Assembly (NCBI GenBank): GCA_002395065.1 | Contig: DGVS01000007.1 | Span: 848 to 64,847 of the forward strand | Source: Bacillales bacterium UBA4278 | GTDB taxonomy: Bacteria; Bacillota_I; Bacilli_A; RFN20; CAG-826 | Length of the DNA stretch: 64,000 nucleotides | Direction of reading: 5' to 3' | In this document: in pieces, positions 63,804-64,000 of the stretch | Position numbering within the stretch: the first letter of the stretch is position 1 | How the letters are laid out: every line of letters begins with the position of its first letter | Notes under the pieces: model-generated | Databases searched by the model: none | What the model saw: only the letters and a program-made list of their open reading frames with translations | Told to the model about the DNA's origin: nothing | Program-made: the position numbers and the translations under genes

Positions 63804-64000
63804 ATGGTTCGAGACGCATTGTTTGTTCTTCTAACAATAATGTTAGCTATGGTTGCATATCTAACAAGTTTTGATATTTATATTCCAATTTTTGTGGTGG
63901 CTAGTTACCTTCTTTATTATTTCGTTCTTGGAAGAAGATATCTCATTAAAAAAGATCGTCTAACAAGAAGAATCCATGCTTGTTACCACTTTATCAATGC
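63804..64000 (+). CDS. membrane protein, 5' part only (candidate TadB/C- or ComGB-like platform protein)
   Basis: AGGAGG lies 6 nt upstream of ATG 63804 and the frame is open to the window end. The translation MVRDALFVLLTIMLAMVAYLTSFDIYIPIFVVASYLLYYFVL is hydrophobic. Confidence 0.5.
   Translation, partial: MVRDALFVLLTIMLAMVAYLTSFDIYIPIFVVASYLLYYFVLGRRYLIKKDRLTRRIHACYHFIN

Noticed and set aside
1-64000. CRISPR arrays, rRNA operons, IS elements/transposases, prophage genes, and genetic code 4 (TGA = Trp).
   Set aside because: I saw no regularly spaced direct repeats outside coding regions and no transposase or phage-like translations. TGA terminates several well-conserved genes, including at ATGA overlaps, so the standard code applies.

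Overview
AT-rich bacterial chromosome segment that uses the standard genetic code. TGA acts as a stop in the ATGA stop/start overlaps at 10054, 21987, 42329, 59543 and 62848. Gene content and order look like a Bacillota/Mollicutes-like lineage, possibly wall-less. Both giant surface proteins end in a C-terminal TM anchor rather than LPXTG, and no fab/acpP genes sit at the plsX locus. This lineage call is inference only.

Layout:
- 0-29 kb: classic housekeeping synteny. Order is yloV-plsX-rnc-ftsY-ylxM-ffh, then an inverted rpsP-KH-rimM-trmD block, then rplS-lepB-rbgA-rnhB-dprA-topA-trmFO-xerC and rpsB-tsf-pyrH-frr-uppS-cdsA-dxr-rseP-polC.
- 29-39 kb: accessory mosaic in which 8 single tRNA genes alternate with 1-2 gene cassettes, each with its own terminator. 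Cassettes are a TM-anchored MutT/NUDIX, a serine-palmitoyltransferase-like alpha-oxoamine synthase plus SDR reductase, a membrane protein with acidic repeats and a DUF2188-like tail, an orphan small protein, and a Big_2 + C11-peptidase lipoprotein followed by pepF.
- 39-45 kb: yutG-cdaA, NUDIX, deoD, a NERD-like TM protein, a polytopic membrane protein, tRNA-Gly, gltX and tRNA-Glu.
- 45-57 kb: an opposite-strand orphan pair next to tRNA-Glu, a DAGK-family lipid kinase, a membrane protein, and two tandem giant surface proteins (1261 and about 1422 aa).
- 57-61 kb: two CNNM/CorC paralogs, an SDR and a guanylate-kinase-like gene.
- 61-64 kb: a tightly overlapped operon of three orphan proteins, a divergent VirB11/CpaF-like secretion ATPase and a membrane protein cut by the window edge.

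No CRISPR array, rRNA, transposase or phage integrase was recognised. The most interesting candidates are the Spt-like/SDR cassette (30367-32323) and the orphan ATPase-centred operon (61094 to the window end). Other points of note are polC terminating inside tRNA-Pro, a recurrent leaderless-type promoter architecture, and the giant surface proteins. All calls come from reading the translations and sequence by eye; no database search was run.
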